A stretch of 64,000 nt of DNA from an uncultured Planctomycetales bacterium (lineage in GTDB: Bacteria; Planctomycetota; Planctomycetia; Pirellulales; PNKZ01), in the NCBI GenBank assembly GCA_963710365.1, contig CAVQAC010000019.1, forward strand, positions 552,969 to 616,968, in the 5' to 3' direction. The translations under genes were made by a program, and so were the position numbers. Each line of letters opens with the position of its first letter. The first letter of the stretch is position 1. Below, piece by piece: positions 18,095 through 27,299 of the stretch. A model generated the notes under the pieces. The model was not told the origin of the DNA, did no database searches, and worked only from the letters and a program-made list of their open reading frames with translations.

Positions 18095-20172
18095 TTACGT
18101 TCGGGCCGGCGGCACGTCGGCGACCAGTCCCAGTGATTCGATCTGCGTATCGCGCGTGATTTCGTTGTAGCTCAGCACCACCAACTGCGGCAGGTGCGAG
18201 GATGTCATCTGCTTGAGCGCCGAGCGGATTTGTGGGCTCACCAGCACGATGGGCGGATGGTTCGTGCGAATCAGTTTGTCCAGCTCCTTGCCGATCAGCC
18301 GGCTGATCGTTTCGATGGCCGTCGGCGACATGCGGATGAACAGGCCTCGATCGTTGTGCTCGAAGCCGGCTCGAATACGGTCCTCCAAGGCCGGGTCGAG
18401 CGTCACGACGTACAACCGGCTGTTGGCGTCGCGATAGCGGCTGCAAATGGTGCGGGCCAACCGATGGCGGACGTATTCGGTCAATAACAAAGGGTCGCGG
18501 GTGCGGCCGGCGTAGTCGCCCAGCGTTTCCAGGATCGGACTGAGTTGGCGGATCGGCACCTGCTCGCGCAGCATCATCTGCAGGATCTGTTGCACTTCGG
18601 CCAGCTTCAACTGGCCGGGAATCAATTCGTCGACCACGGCCGGCGAGGCTTTTTTCAGTTCGTCGACCAGATGCTTGGTGGCGTCGCGACTGAGAATTTC
18701 ATCGGCATGCTTGCGAACCGTTTCGGTCAGATGCGTGGCCAGCACGCTGACCGGCTCGACGACCGTATAGCCCAGCATTTCGGCCTGGTCGCGCTGCGCG
18801 GGTTCGATCCACACGGCGGCAGTGCCGAAGGCCGGCTCCTTGATTTGCAGGCCCTTGAGCTTGCCGGTGGTCACGCCGGAATCCATGGCCAAGAGCATTG
18901 CCGGGTAAATGACGCCGTCGGTGACCGGCACGTCCGACACCTTGAGCCGATAGGAGTTCTGTTCGAGCCGCATGTTGTCGCGGATGCGGACCTTGGGCAT
19001 GATGATGCCGATTTCGGCAGCCACGTTCTGCCGCACGCGTTGCACGCGCTCCAGCAAGTCGCCGCCGCGTTTGGGATCGGCCAGCCGAATCAGGCCTACG
19101 CCGATTTCGATCTCCATCGGATCGACGGACAGGTAGTCTTCGATGCGTTCTTCGGCCGGCTTCTTCTGGTCGGCCTGGGCCTTGGCCTGGGCGACCACCT
19201 TGGTCTGCTTTTGCTTGCGCGAAAGCATCACCGCCAGCGCGCCGCAACCGCCGCCGATGGCGATCAAAGGAGTCTTGGGCAGGCTCGTGAACACCAGCAT
19301 CAGCAGAAATCCGGCAGTCACGGCCAGCGCCTGCGGACGCGAAAACAACTGCGACATGAAGTCCGCCGGCAGGCTGCTGTCGTTGCTCGAACGCGTGACG
19401 AGCAAGCCGGCTGCCAGCGAGATCAGGAAGGCCGGCACCTGGCTGACCAGGCCGTCGCCGATCGTCAGCTTGGTGAAGATTTCAGCGGCGGCGCCGATAC
19501 TCATCCCCGATTCGATGACGCCGATGAACAGTCCGCCCACGATATTGACCAGCGTAATCACGATACCGGCGATGGCGTCGCCGCGCACGAATTTGCTGGC
19601 ACCGTCCATGGCCCCGAAGAAATCTGCCTGGCGGCTGATGTCCAAGCGTCGGCGCTGAGCTTCGCGTTCGTCGATCACGCCGGCGTTCAGGTCGGCATCA
19701 ATGGCCATCTGGCGGCCGGGCATGCCGTCCAAGGCAAAGCGCGCGGCGACTTCGCTAATGCGCGTGGCGCCCTTGGTGATGACGACGAACTGAATCACCA
19801 CGATGATCGTAAAGATAATCAGCCCCACGACGACCCGGTCGCCGGCCACGAACTCGCCGAACGTACGGACGACCTCGCCGGCCGCCAGCAATCCGTGGGT
19901 CTGGGCGCGGTGAGTATCAGCCGCGTCGTGGCAACGTTGAGCACTAATCGGCCCAGCGTCGTGGCCAGCAACAGCGAGGGAAAGATGCTGAATTCCAGCG
20001 GCGTGCGCACGTAAATCGTCGTCAGCAACATGATGACGGCGACGCTGATGTTGATGGCCAATAACAGGTCCATCAGCGCCGGCGGCATGGGCACCATGAT
20101 CACCAGCACGCTGGCAATGAAGCCTAGCGGCAAGATCAGGTCGGCCGCACGGCTGAGCACGTTACGCGCCAC
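18095..20172 (-). pseudogene. flhA: flagellar type III export protein FlhA, one frame break about 19905
   Basis: The C-terminal 598-aa piece carries the FHIPEP core (GAMDGASKFVRGDAIAG) and the cytoplasmic domain. The N-terminal TM piece (..ADLILPLGFIASVLVIMVPMPPALMDLLLAINISVAVIMLLTTIYV..ATTRLIL) is in the frame of ORF 19819-20427. The start is taken as the GTG at 20172 (VARNVLSR..), which is uncertain. Confidence 0.88.
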
Positions 20173-20600
20173 CGGCCGCGGGCAATACACCAGAAGCCAT
20201 CCGTGTCTCCGGTGGTAAGCCGTCAGAAGCGAAGATTTGAACAGGTAGAAAAGAGGGGCGGAAGTTACTGAAAACACTGATGGATGTCCAGTCCGCTTTC
20301 CGCCCCCCGGCAGGCGGACGATCGTCAGCATTGCAGGACTTGCAACTGCCTTCGATCGTAGCCGAGAGGGAAGCGGGGTTGACTTGAAATCGCCAAACCG
20401 GCTACCAATGCTCACCCTCGTCGGCACGCTGATAGCGATGCCGCCACCATGCGGGCAAGGCCCTGCCGGTCGATGGGCAAAAGCGCTTCAAGTCGCAAGC
20501 GGCCGAGGGGCGATAATCCAACGGCTGTCTGGAATCAGACAGACTCAGCATTGCTGAAAACCAGGCCGAATTCATCGGTCGCGTAAACGAGCAAACTCAA

Positions 20601-21116
20601 ATGACGCAGACAAAACGAGCATTCTGGATATGCTGCGTCATCCTCTGCAGTTTTGCTGCTGGCTGCGGCACCGATGCTGGCAACGCTCCGGCCACCAACG
20701 CAGAATCAAAAACCGATTTGCAGGTGCCGCTCGAGGGAGAGGTTCCGTTCGTCGAAGGGTTCCGCCATGGCTGGGAGGTAGCTCATAGCCAAGGTAAACC
20801 GATATTGATCTTATTCACCGCGCACTGGTGCAACTACTGTCATGCCATGGCTCGCGAGGCGCTATGCGAGCCCTCGGTGGTAAAGCTGGCGCAGGAATTT
20901 ACCTGCGTTCTGGTCGACGCCGACGCCGAACCTGAGATCTGCCGACAGTTCCGAGTTCGCGGGTATCCGACCATTCAGTTTTTGTCGCCGCGTGGGCTGC
21001 CGCTGAACCGGCTGACGGGCAAACAACCTCCGGTCCAACTGGTCAACGAGATGCAGGCGGCTTTGCAGGCAGTCGCGCGGCGAGTTGACGAACCGGCGAC
21101 GCCCCGACGGCTGTAA
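20601..21116 (+). CDS. thioredoxin-fold lipoprotein (WCNYC active site)
   Basis: Lipobox CSFAAGC near the N-terminus and the thioredoxin-like motif FTAHWCNYCHAM. It lies on the opposite strand inside the flagellar cluster. Confidence 0.7.
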   Translation: MTQTKRAFWICCVILCSFAAGCGTDAGNAPATNAESKTDLQVPLEGEVPFVEGFRHGWEVAHSQGKPILILFTAHWCNYCHAMAREALCEPSVVKLAQEFTCVLVDADAEPEICRQFRVRGYPTIQFLSPRGLPLNRLTGKQPPVQLVNEMQAALQAVARRVDEPATPRRL

Positions 21117-21406
21117 TGCAATCTTATACAACGACCGGGGGGGATATTGACCAAAGTCATGTCTTCAAATGACATCGGCCAATAGGGCTCACAGCGAGCG
21201 GCGTGGCTTGGCGTTATTTTGCCCAGCTTAAGCCGCTTGCCCCGGCCGTCGTTGTGAAGGTAGTATAGCAAACGAGCGTCAAAACCGCCGAATGCGGGGC
21301 GCAATCGATGTCGTCGAGCAGACCATCGTTATATACGCACCCTTCGGACGCTTCCTCGGGCTAAGCACAGTCGCCGGGGATTGCTGCTTATCCAGGATAC
21401 GTGTAC

Positions 21407-22552
21407 ATGGCGGTCGCCTCGGACCCATCCGCGAAACAGGCCAAGAAAGACGCCCCCGCGCACGAATGGTCGCCGCCGTTCTGGATGGGCATGGATTGCG
21501 CCAGTTGGTTGAAGCTGCTGTGGCGCAATAATTTCGCGGTCGACTTACCACACTCTCACATCGCCGCCAGCATCACGGCGATGAGCGTGCTCCATAGCTT
21601 CTTGGGCACTGTGCAGACGTTGCAACTCGGTTGGTGGTTGCGGCGAGCCAAGGTCGCGCAGCCGCCGGTATTCGTCCTGGGCCACTGGCGTGCCGGCACC
21701 ACCTTGCTGCACGAGTTGATGGTGCTCGACGAGCGCCATACGTCGCCCAGTACGTACGCCTGCATGAACCCGAGCCATTTCTTGGTGTCGGAGACGTTTG
21801 CGCACCGCTGGCTCAATTTCCTGCTGCCGTCGCACCGCCCGATGGACAACATGCCGACCGGCTGGGAGCGTCCGCAAGAAGATGAGTTTGCCCTGGCAAA
21901 TCTGGGCTTGCCGTCGCCCTACGTGACGATCGCCTTCCCGAATCATCCGCCGCAGTACCAGCAGTATCTGACGCTCGACGGGCTATCACCCCGCGACGTC
22001 GATCACTGGAAGCGCGGGTTGATGCGTTTCCTGAGTCACGTCAGCTACCAAGCGCCGGAAAAGCGAATCATCCTCAAGTCCCCGCCGCACACAGGCCGCG
22101 TCAAGACGCTGTTGGAAATGTTTCCCAAGGCGCACTTCGTGCATATCGTCCGCGACCCCTATACGGTTTTCGCTTCGACAACGAATCTTTGGAAGACGCT
22201 GTATACCAAGCACGGCTTGCAGACGCCGCGTTTCGAGGGTTTGGACGAATACGTGCTGCAAACGTTCGAACGAATGTATGACCAGTTCGAACGCGACCGG
22301 TCCCTGTTAAGCGCCGACCAATTCTGCGAAATCCGTTACGAAGATCTGGTGCGCGATCCTGAAATGGGTGTCCGCCGAGTTTACGAACAGCTCGACCTGG
22401 GCGATTTGGATAAGTTCCTGCCGGCATTGCGCGGCTACCTGGCGAGCATGGACGGGTATCAGACCAACCGCTACAACCAATTGACGTCCGATCAGCGCGA
22501 TCAGGTGGCCCAGCGCTGGGGCCGGTTCTTCCGGCAGTACGGATACGCGTGA
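21407..22552 (+). CDS. sulfotransferase-family protein
   Basis: PAPS-binding-like 5'-PSB motif VLGHWRAGTTLLHELM, with downstream KSPPHTGR and IVRDPYTVFAS. 381 aa from the ATG at 21407 (a GTG at 21401 is also possible). Confidence 0.7.
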   Translation: MAVASDPSAKQAKKDAPAHEWSPPFWMGMDCASWLKLLWRNNFAVDLPHSHIAASITAMSVLHSFLGTVQTLQLGWWLRRAKVAQPPVFVLGHWRAGTTLLHELMVLDERHTSPSTYACMNPSHFLVSETFAHRWLNFLLPSHRPMDNMPTGWERPQEDEFALANLGLPSPYVTIAFPNHPPQYQQYLTLDGLSPRDVDHWKRGLMRFLSHVSYQAPEKRIILKSPPHTGRVKTLLEMFPKAHFVHIVRDPYTVFASTTNLWKTLYTKHGLQTPRFEGLDEYVLQTFERMYDQFERDRSLLSADQFCEIRYEDLVRDPEMGVRRVYEQLDLGDLDKFLPALRGYLASMDGYQTNRYNQLTSDQRDQVAQRWGRFFRQYGYA

Positions 22553-22590
22553 ACGGACGAAGAGGGCTCAAACAGCAGATCAGTTCGCGC

Positions 22591-23669
22591 TTAACGCCGT
22601 GGATCGCGTAGCGGCTTCTTGTTGCCGTTCAATTGATAGACATACGCCAGCACTTCGGCCACGGCAGCGTACAGCGGACCAGGGATCGGCCGATTGATGT
22701 CGACGTCCTTGTAGAGCGCCTGCGCGAGCGGCTTCTTCTCGACGATCGGAATGCCGTGCTCTAGCGCCAGCCGGCGAATCCGCTGGGCAAGTAGGCCAGC
22801 TCCCTTGGCCACCACCACCGGCGCCGCCATCTTCTCGGGCTCATAGCGCAAAGCCACGGCCAATTCGGTCGGATTGGTGACCACCACGTCGGCCTCCGGA
22901 ACCGTCTTCGATAACCGATGCAGCACGAGTTGCCGCTGCACCGCCTTGCGACGGGAGATGACCTGTGGATCACCCTGCAGGTTCTTCATTTCGTCGCGCA
23001 GCTCCTGCGTCGACATCCGCAGATCCTGCTCCTGCTTCCACCACTGGAAGCCATAATCCAGAATGGCCAGCAGTAACAAGGCGATAGCCGCCTTGAGCAC
23101 TGTCCAAAAGATAATCTGCAGCAGGTAGGATCCGATCTGCGCCAGTGACAAGGTGGCCAGCCCGAGAATCGTGTCGCGCTCGTCTTTCAGCGACCAAAAG
23201 CAAACCGCCGCGACGACTCCAATCTTGAAGAAGCCCAGCACCAGCCGCACCACGCCAGCCATCGAGAACAGCCGTTGCAAGCCTTGCAAAGGGTCGATGC
23301 GGGAGATGTCAGGGGCAATCTTCTCCGGCAGAAAGAGCAGTCCAACTTGTAGCACGTTGGAGCCCACCGCAACCAGCAGTATCACCCCCAAGAGCGGCAA
23401 GCCGACGGCGGCCAGCAAACCCAACAGACGCAGGAACTCACTGGTGACGAACTGGCTATCGGCCGAGAGCCAGGCCTGCCCGCCCCATTGCTCGATCCCC
23501 AGGTTGCCGAAGAAGCCGATCAGTGATCCGCTCAACCAATAGAGCGTCAACAGCGCTCCCAGCAACAGCAATGACGATCCCAGATCCTGGCTGCGCAACC
23601 TGACCTTGCTCGCGCCTGCTGGCGGCGGTGTGGTGTTGCTTCCTGGGTTTTTTCGTTTCCCTGTTCCAT
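22591..23669 (-). pseudogene. flhB: flagellar export switch protein FlhB, N-terminus spread over three frames (breaks about 23600-23625)
   Basis: The core frame has ..RMSTQELRDEMKNLQGDPQVISRRKAVQR.. and the autocleavage site VVTNPTELAVAL. The canonical N-terminus MEQGNEKTQEATPHRRQQAR (ATG 23669) / EQGQVAQ / SQDLGSSLLLLGAL is recovered only by two 1-nt corrections about 25 nt apart. Confidence 0.85.
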
Positions 23670-23680
23670 AAATCAAATAC

Positions 23681-23883
23681 GGAATGGGGAATGAGAACAA
23701 ATGGGGAATGTCGAATGGGGAATGGGGAATTCGGAACCGATGAAATCAACTGAGAGTTGAGCGTAAGCTCGGATTGAATCGGTTGCTGGAAACTTTTGAT
23801 CGTTCAAATTCCCCATTCCCCATTCCCCATTCCCCATTCCCCATTCCCCATTCCCCATTCCCCATTCCATACTCCCCATTTCC
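23681..23883. repeat. inverted heptanucleotide arrays (GGGGAAT)n / (ATTCCCC)8 filling the fliR-flhB gap; G-quadruplex-capable on the mRNA strand
   Basis: The right arm has 8 perfect ATTCCCC units at 23808-23863 plus degenerate units to 23883, and abuts the fliR stop at 23884. The left arm 23681-23732 has about 7 degenerate GGGGAAT units and ends 11 nt before the flhB ATG. The spacer is 75 nt. Confidence 0.85.
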
Positions 23884-24650
23884 TCAGCTCCACATCTCGC
23901 GCATCAACTGCCAGGCCTGCTCGAGCTGCTCCTGGAAAACCCAGGCTACCGTCCCCAAGGAGACGCCTAGCGCCGCAAAGGTGACCAGCGCGCCAAACCG
24001 AATCCAAAGGAAAGCACGTTGAGTTGCGGCAACGTGCGAGTGATCAGCCCCAACACCACGTTCGACAGTAGCAGGGCCGCCGTGCAAGGCGCGGCAATTC
24101 GCACGCCAAGTTCGCAGCTCAGGGCGACGAGCGTAACCAGGGTCTCGGAAAATGACGCCATCGGCGTGCCCGTGCCCGCCGGCATGGCAATGAAGGTATC
24201 CAACAGTCCACCCAGCACCATCCGATGGCCGCCGATCGTGACAAAGATGGCCAAGGCAAACATATTCAGCACCTGCGACAGCAAGGGAACATCCGTGTCG
24301 AGGTCGGGATTCAGAACTTCGGCCAGCGACATGCCGCCCAATTGGCTGATGATCTGGCCGGCCAACTGCACGCCCGACAAGATGATCATCACGCCCAGCC
24401 CCAGCACCAAACCCAACAGCGTCTCACAGCCGAGTGTAATGACGTAGCCCAACAAAGTGGTGGGCATCGAAAACTGGCCGCCTAGCTGTGCCGGCGTCAC
24501 CAGCAGCGCCAAGGCCATCGATAGAAACACCCGCACCTGCGAGGGAACATTGGCGCCGCCCAGGACCGGCACAGTCATCACCAGGGCGCTGGTGCGAAAC
24601 AGCACCAACGTGAACACGAAGAACTGCGTCAGATCGAACGGTGGGATCAT
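23884..24650 (-). pseudogene. fliR: flagellar export apparatus protein FliR, one frame break about 24000
   Basis: MIPPFDLTQFFVFTLVLFRTSALVMTVPVLG.. is a polytopic membrane protein. The C-terminal 30-40 aa (ALVTFAALGVSLGTVAWVFQEQLEQAWQLMREMWS) continue in the frame of ORF 23884-24087. Confidence 0.8.
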
Positions 24651-24737
24651 ACGCCAGTTGCCAGCAGCCGGTTAGCCGTCGCCTCAATGGCAAGTCCTGG
24701 CTTGCCTGCGGTTCGTGCTCCGCGAACCTTCGCCCCG

Positions 24738-25010
24738 TCAGAGCAACTCGGGAATACCTAGAAATACGTCCTGCACGTAACGCGTCATCTGCCCCAAGAG
24801 CCAGGGGAGCGTCAGGGCCAGCGTCACGATCATGGCAATCAGCTTGGGCACGAACGCCACGGTTTGCTCTTGGATCTGGGTGACCGCTTGTAACAGACCG
24901 ACGATCAGGCCAACGAGCAGTCCCGCCAGCAACATCGGCGCGCTGGCCAACATGGTCATCACGATCGCTTGCCGACCGATATCGATAACGTCTTGAGGAT
25001 CCATATTCAC
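24738..25010 (-). CDS. fliQ: flagellar export apparatus protein FliQ
   Basis: 90 aa with two TM segments, the QAVTQIQEQT motif, and a position between fliP and fliR. Confidence 0.9.
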   Translation of the reverse strand: MNMDPQDVIDIGRQAIVMTMLASAPMLLAGLLVGLIVGLLQAVTQIQEQTVAFVPKLIAMIVTLALTLPWLLGQMTRYVQDVFLGIPELL

Positions 25011-25041
25011 TCTGCGGCGCGCAGGCCGCGGCCAAAGGCCG

Positions 25042-25835
25042 TCACGTAAAGGGTTGAAAACTGTCCAACAACATACCGACGGTCAAATGCCAGCCGTCGA
25101 CCAGCACGAACAGCAGCAATTTGAAAGGCAACGACACCAGCACCGGGGGCAGCATCATCATGCCCATCGAGATCAACACGCTCGACACGACCATGTCGAG
25201 CACCAGGAATGGCAGGTAGATCTGAAAGCCGATCAGGAACGAAGTCTTCAGTTCGCTCAACATGAAAGCGGGCAACAAGGCCTGCAGCGGCACGTCGTCG
25301 TAGCTTTGCGGAATGGTTTTGGTCGGCATGTGCTCCAAGAACAGCCACACGTCGTCGCTATTCCCGGTGCGCTCGATCTGCATGCTCATGAAACGACGCA
25401 CGGGAGCCACGCCGGCATCCCAAGCCTGTTCGAGCGATGCCTGGTGACTGGTGTAGGGTTTGATCCCCTGATCGTAGACTTCTTTCCACACCGGGGTCAT
25501 GACTGCCAGCGTGACGAACAGGGCAATCGAAGTGATGACCTGGCTGGGCGGCAACGTTTGGGTGCCCATGCCTGGCGCAGCAATCCCAACACGATCACGA
25601 CGCGGACAAAACAGGTGGTCATCAACAAAACGGCCGGCGCGAGACTCAGCACGGTCAACAGCAGCATGACCTGCAGCGTCGAACTCAGGCCTTCGGGACT
25701 GGTCCAGACCTCCGGGCCGCCGCTCAGCGCGCTGGGCAGTTCGATCCGGGCCGGGCTGTTCGGTATGTCTTGCGCCTCGGCCGGTAGAATCAAGACGACG
25801 AACGCGACGCTTGCCAGCGCAAGCCACACGGGCAT
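25042..25835 (-). pseudogene. fliP: flagellar export apparatus protein FliP, one frame break about 25565
   Basis: N-terminal piece [22 protein letters not shown]...[20 protein letters not shown] (frame of ORF 25497-26015). It joins ..[26 protein letters not shown]...[42 protein letters not shown]. Confidence 0.88.
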
Positions 25836-25869
25836 TCGCCCACGCCGCCGTGGTTGTGGGTTTGAAATC

Positions 25870-26544
25870 TCAACCACGATCCGCCTCCGCGTCCTTCGGT
25901 CGGTCGTCGAAACCTTCGCTGGCCAATTGCAGATCGTTGCGACGACGCTCCAAGAAACCTTTGGCCGGCTTTTGGCTGAATTGCTGAAACACCTGCCGAA
26001 AGGCCGCCGAAGCACTGTGCGGATGCGATTGTTGGCAAAGCCCGGCCAGGCGGTCGACTTCCAGCGGGTCCGTGATTTCCGTCAGCGTTTCAACCGCCCC
26101 CGGTGCCACCGACAATAGCAACAATTTGCTTCCGCAACGCACCAGGTGCGCATGCTGACGGCCCGTTAAAGGAACACGACCCAGCACCTCGACGACTTCG
26201 CTGGGCAGCATTCGTGGCCCCGCCGGCATGCTCCGCCGCAACAGCCAGATTGACACCACGAACAAACCCAGCACCAGGCCCAGAGCTGCCAGCATCGTGG
26301 CCAGAGAAGGCAGTGGGCTTCGGGCAGTCAGACCCTCACGCGCGTTTTGCGTCGAAGGCGTGACTCGCAGCGGCAACCGCTCGCGTTGCCCGGACATCGG
26401 CAGCGGCTGCGCGCCCGTTGCGACACCGCGAGGAGCGATTGAGCCATTCGCCTCGGTCACGATGCGCGGCCGGGTCGCCATTTCACCCGCCGGCGCAGGC
26501 TCGGCCAGGACCAATAGCAGGATCGCAGCCGCGGGGTTCATCAT
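25870..26544 (-). CDS. fliO: flagellar biosynthesis protein FliO-like
   Basis: One TM segment (LATMLAALGLVLGLFVVSIWLL) is followed by VEVLGRVPLTGRQHAHLVRCGSKLLLLSVAPGAVETLTEI, as in FliO, and the gene sits upstream of fliP. The start is set at MMNPAAA (26544), because the longer ORF would translate the heptamer repeat. Confidence 0.6.
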   Translation of the reverse strand: MMNPAAAILLLVLAEPAPAGEMATRPRIVTEANGSIAPRGVATGAQPLPMSGQRERLPLRVTPSTQNAREGLTARSPLPSLATMLAALGLVLGLFVVSIWLLRRSMPAGPRMLPSEVVEVLGRVPLTGRQHAHLVRCGSKLLLLSVAPGAVETLTEITDPLEVDRLAGLCQQSHPHSASAAFRQVFQQFSQKPAKGFLERRRNDLQLASEGFDDRPKDAEADRG

Positions 26545-26569
26545 CCGTGAATCCAAAGTGGAATTTGGT

Positions 26570-26657
26570 AAGTGATGAGTGCTAAGTGCTGAGTGGTGAG
26601 TGAGGCTGAGACGTGGATTGCTTTGCACTCATCACTGATCACTCCTCACTCATCGCT
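26570..26657. repeat. inverted heptanucleotide arrays (AGTGNNN)5 / (CACTNNN)4 filling the fliN-fliO gap
   Basis: 26571-26605 AGTGATG AGTGCTA AGTGCTG AGTGGTG AGTGAGG. 26626-26657 CACTCAT CACTGAT CACTCCT CACTCAT CGCT abuts the fliN stop (26658). The spacer is 15 nt. Confidence 0.75.
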
Positions 26658-27221
26658 CTATTTGTCGCTTGATATCAATTCGGCGACGCGAACGCAGAAG
26701 TTATCGTTGAGCACGAGCACTTCGCCGCGAGCGATCAAGCGCCCGTTGACGTAGATGTCGACCGGGTCGCCGGCCAGCTTATCCAGCGGCACGACGGCCC
26801 CTTTGCGCAGCCGGAGCACGTCTTCCAGGTACATGTTCGTGCGCCCTAACTCAATTTTCAGATCGAGCTCGACGTCTCTCAACAACTCGAGTGTCGCATT
26901 TTCCTGACTGGGCGGAGCGCCGGTGAATTCCTCCAGCTTGAACGGCTTGGCCGCAGACGGCATTGGGCTGCCTGGGCTGTCGATCGAAGCCAGCGCGCGC
27001 TCGGCCTGGTGCAACAATAGTTCGATATCCTCCGTGGGCGGGCCTGCATCGCCCTGCTCACCGCCTGACGAGGAATCGTGCCGCGCGGAGGCCGATTGAA
27101 AGAGAGACTCTACGCCCGAGGCCGAAGAACCGCCGGAAGTCTTTCCGGCAGCTGTCCGCGCCTCCTTCATCAGCGCCTCGATGTCTTCCTGGCGCAACGT
27201 CTGAGATTCGGGCTCGGCCAT
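26658..27221 (-). CDS. fliN: flagellar motor switch protein FliN/FliY
   Basis: The C-terminal SpoA domain reads [69 protein letters not shown]. The N-terminal [10 protein letters not shown] motif resembles the CheY/CheC-binding peptide. Confidence 0.85.
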   Translation of the reverse strand: MAEPESQTLRQEDIEALMKEARTAAGKTSGGSSASGVESLFQSASARHDSSSGGEQGDAGPPTEDIELLLHQAERALASIDSPGSPMPSAAKPFKLEEFTGAPPSQENATLELLRDVELDLKIELGRTNMYLEDVLRLRKGAVVPLDKLAGDPVDIYVNGRLIARGEVLVLNDNFCVRVAELISSDK

Positions 27222-27299
27222 TGGAATCCATTCCTTGGCTGGGAAGAAGTGCTGCGGGCGCGGTATACGACGAATCCGGCGTCTGCCGCAGCGGGATCA

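Noticed and set aside
18545-20014. Very long antisense ORFs: 18545-20014 (489 aa, opposite flhA), 62200-63387, 45350-46534, 25054-26118, 10124-11152 and 4928-5764.
   Set aside because: - They are shadow ORFs typical of high-GC DNA.
- Their compositions are Arg/Gly/His/Gln-rich and repetitive.
- No motifs are present.
- The opposite strand carries unmistakable conserved proteins.
23808-23863. Possible CRISPR array or minisatellite-type array.
   Set aside because: The units are 7 nt, directly abutting with no spacers, and no cas genes are present. This is a microsatellite-like array, not CRISPR.
23774-24022. ORF-track ORFs on both strands translating as SPFPIPHSPFPIPH / GEWGMGNGEWGMGN, which could be read as a proline/histidine-rich or collagen-like repeat protein.
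   Set aside because: - The 'proteins' are just the heptanucleotide array read in frame.
- Equivalent ORFs appear on both strands and in several frames.
- They lie in the gap between the fliR stop and the flhB start, and they have no non-repeat domain.
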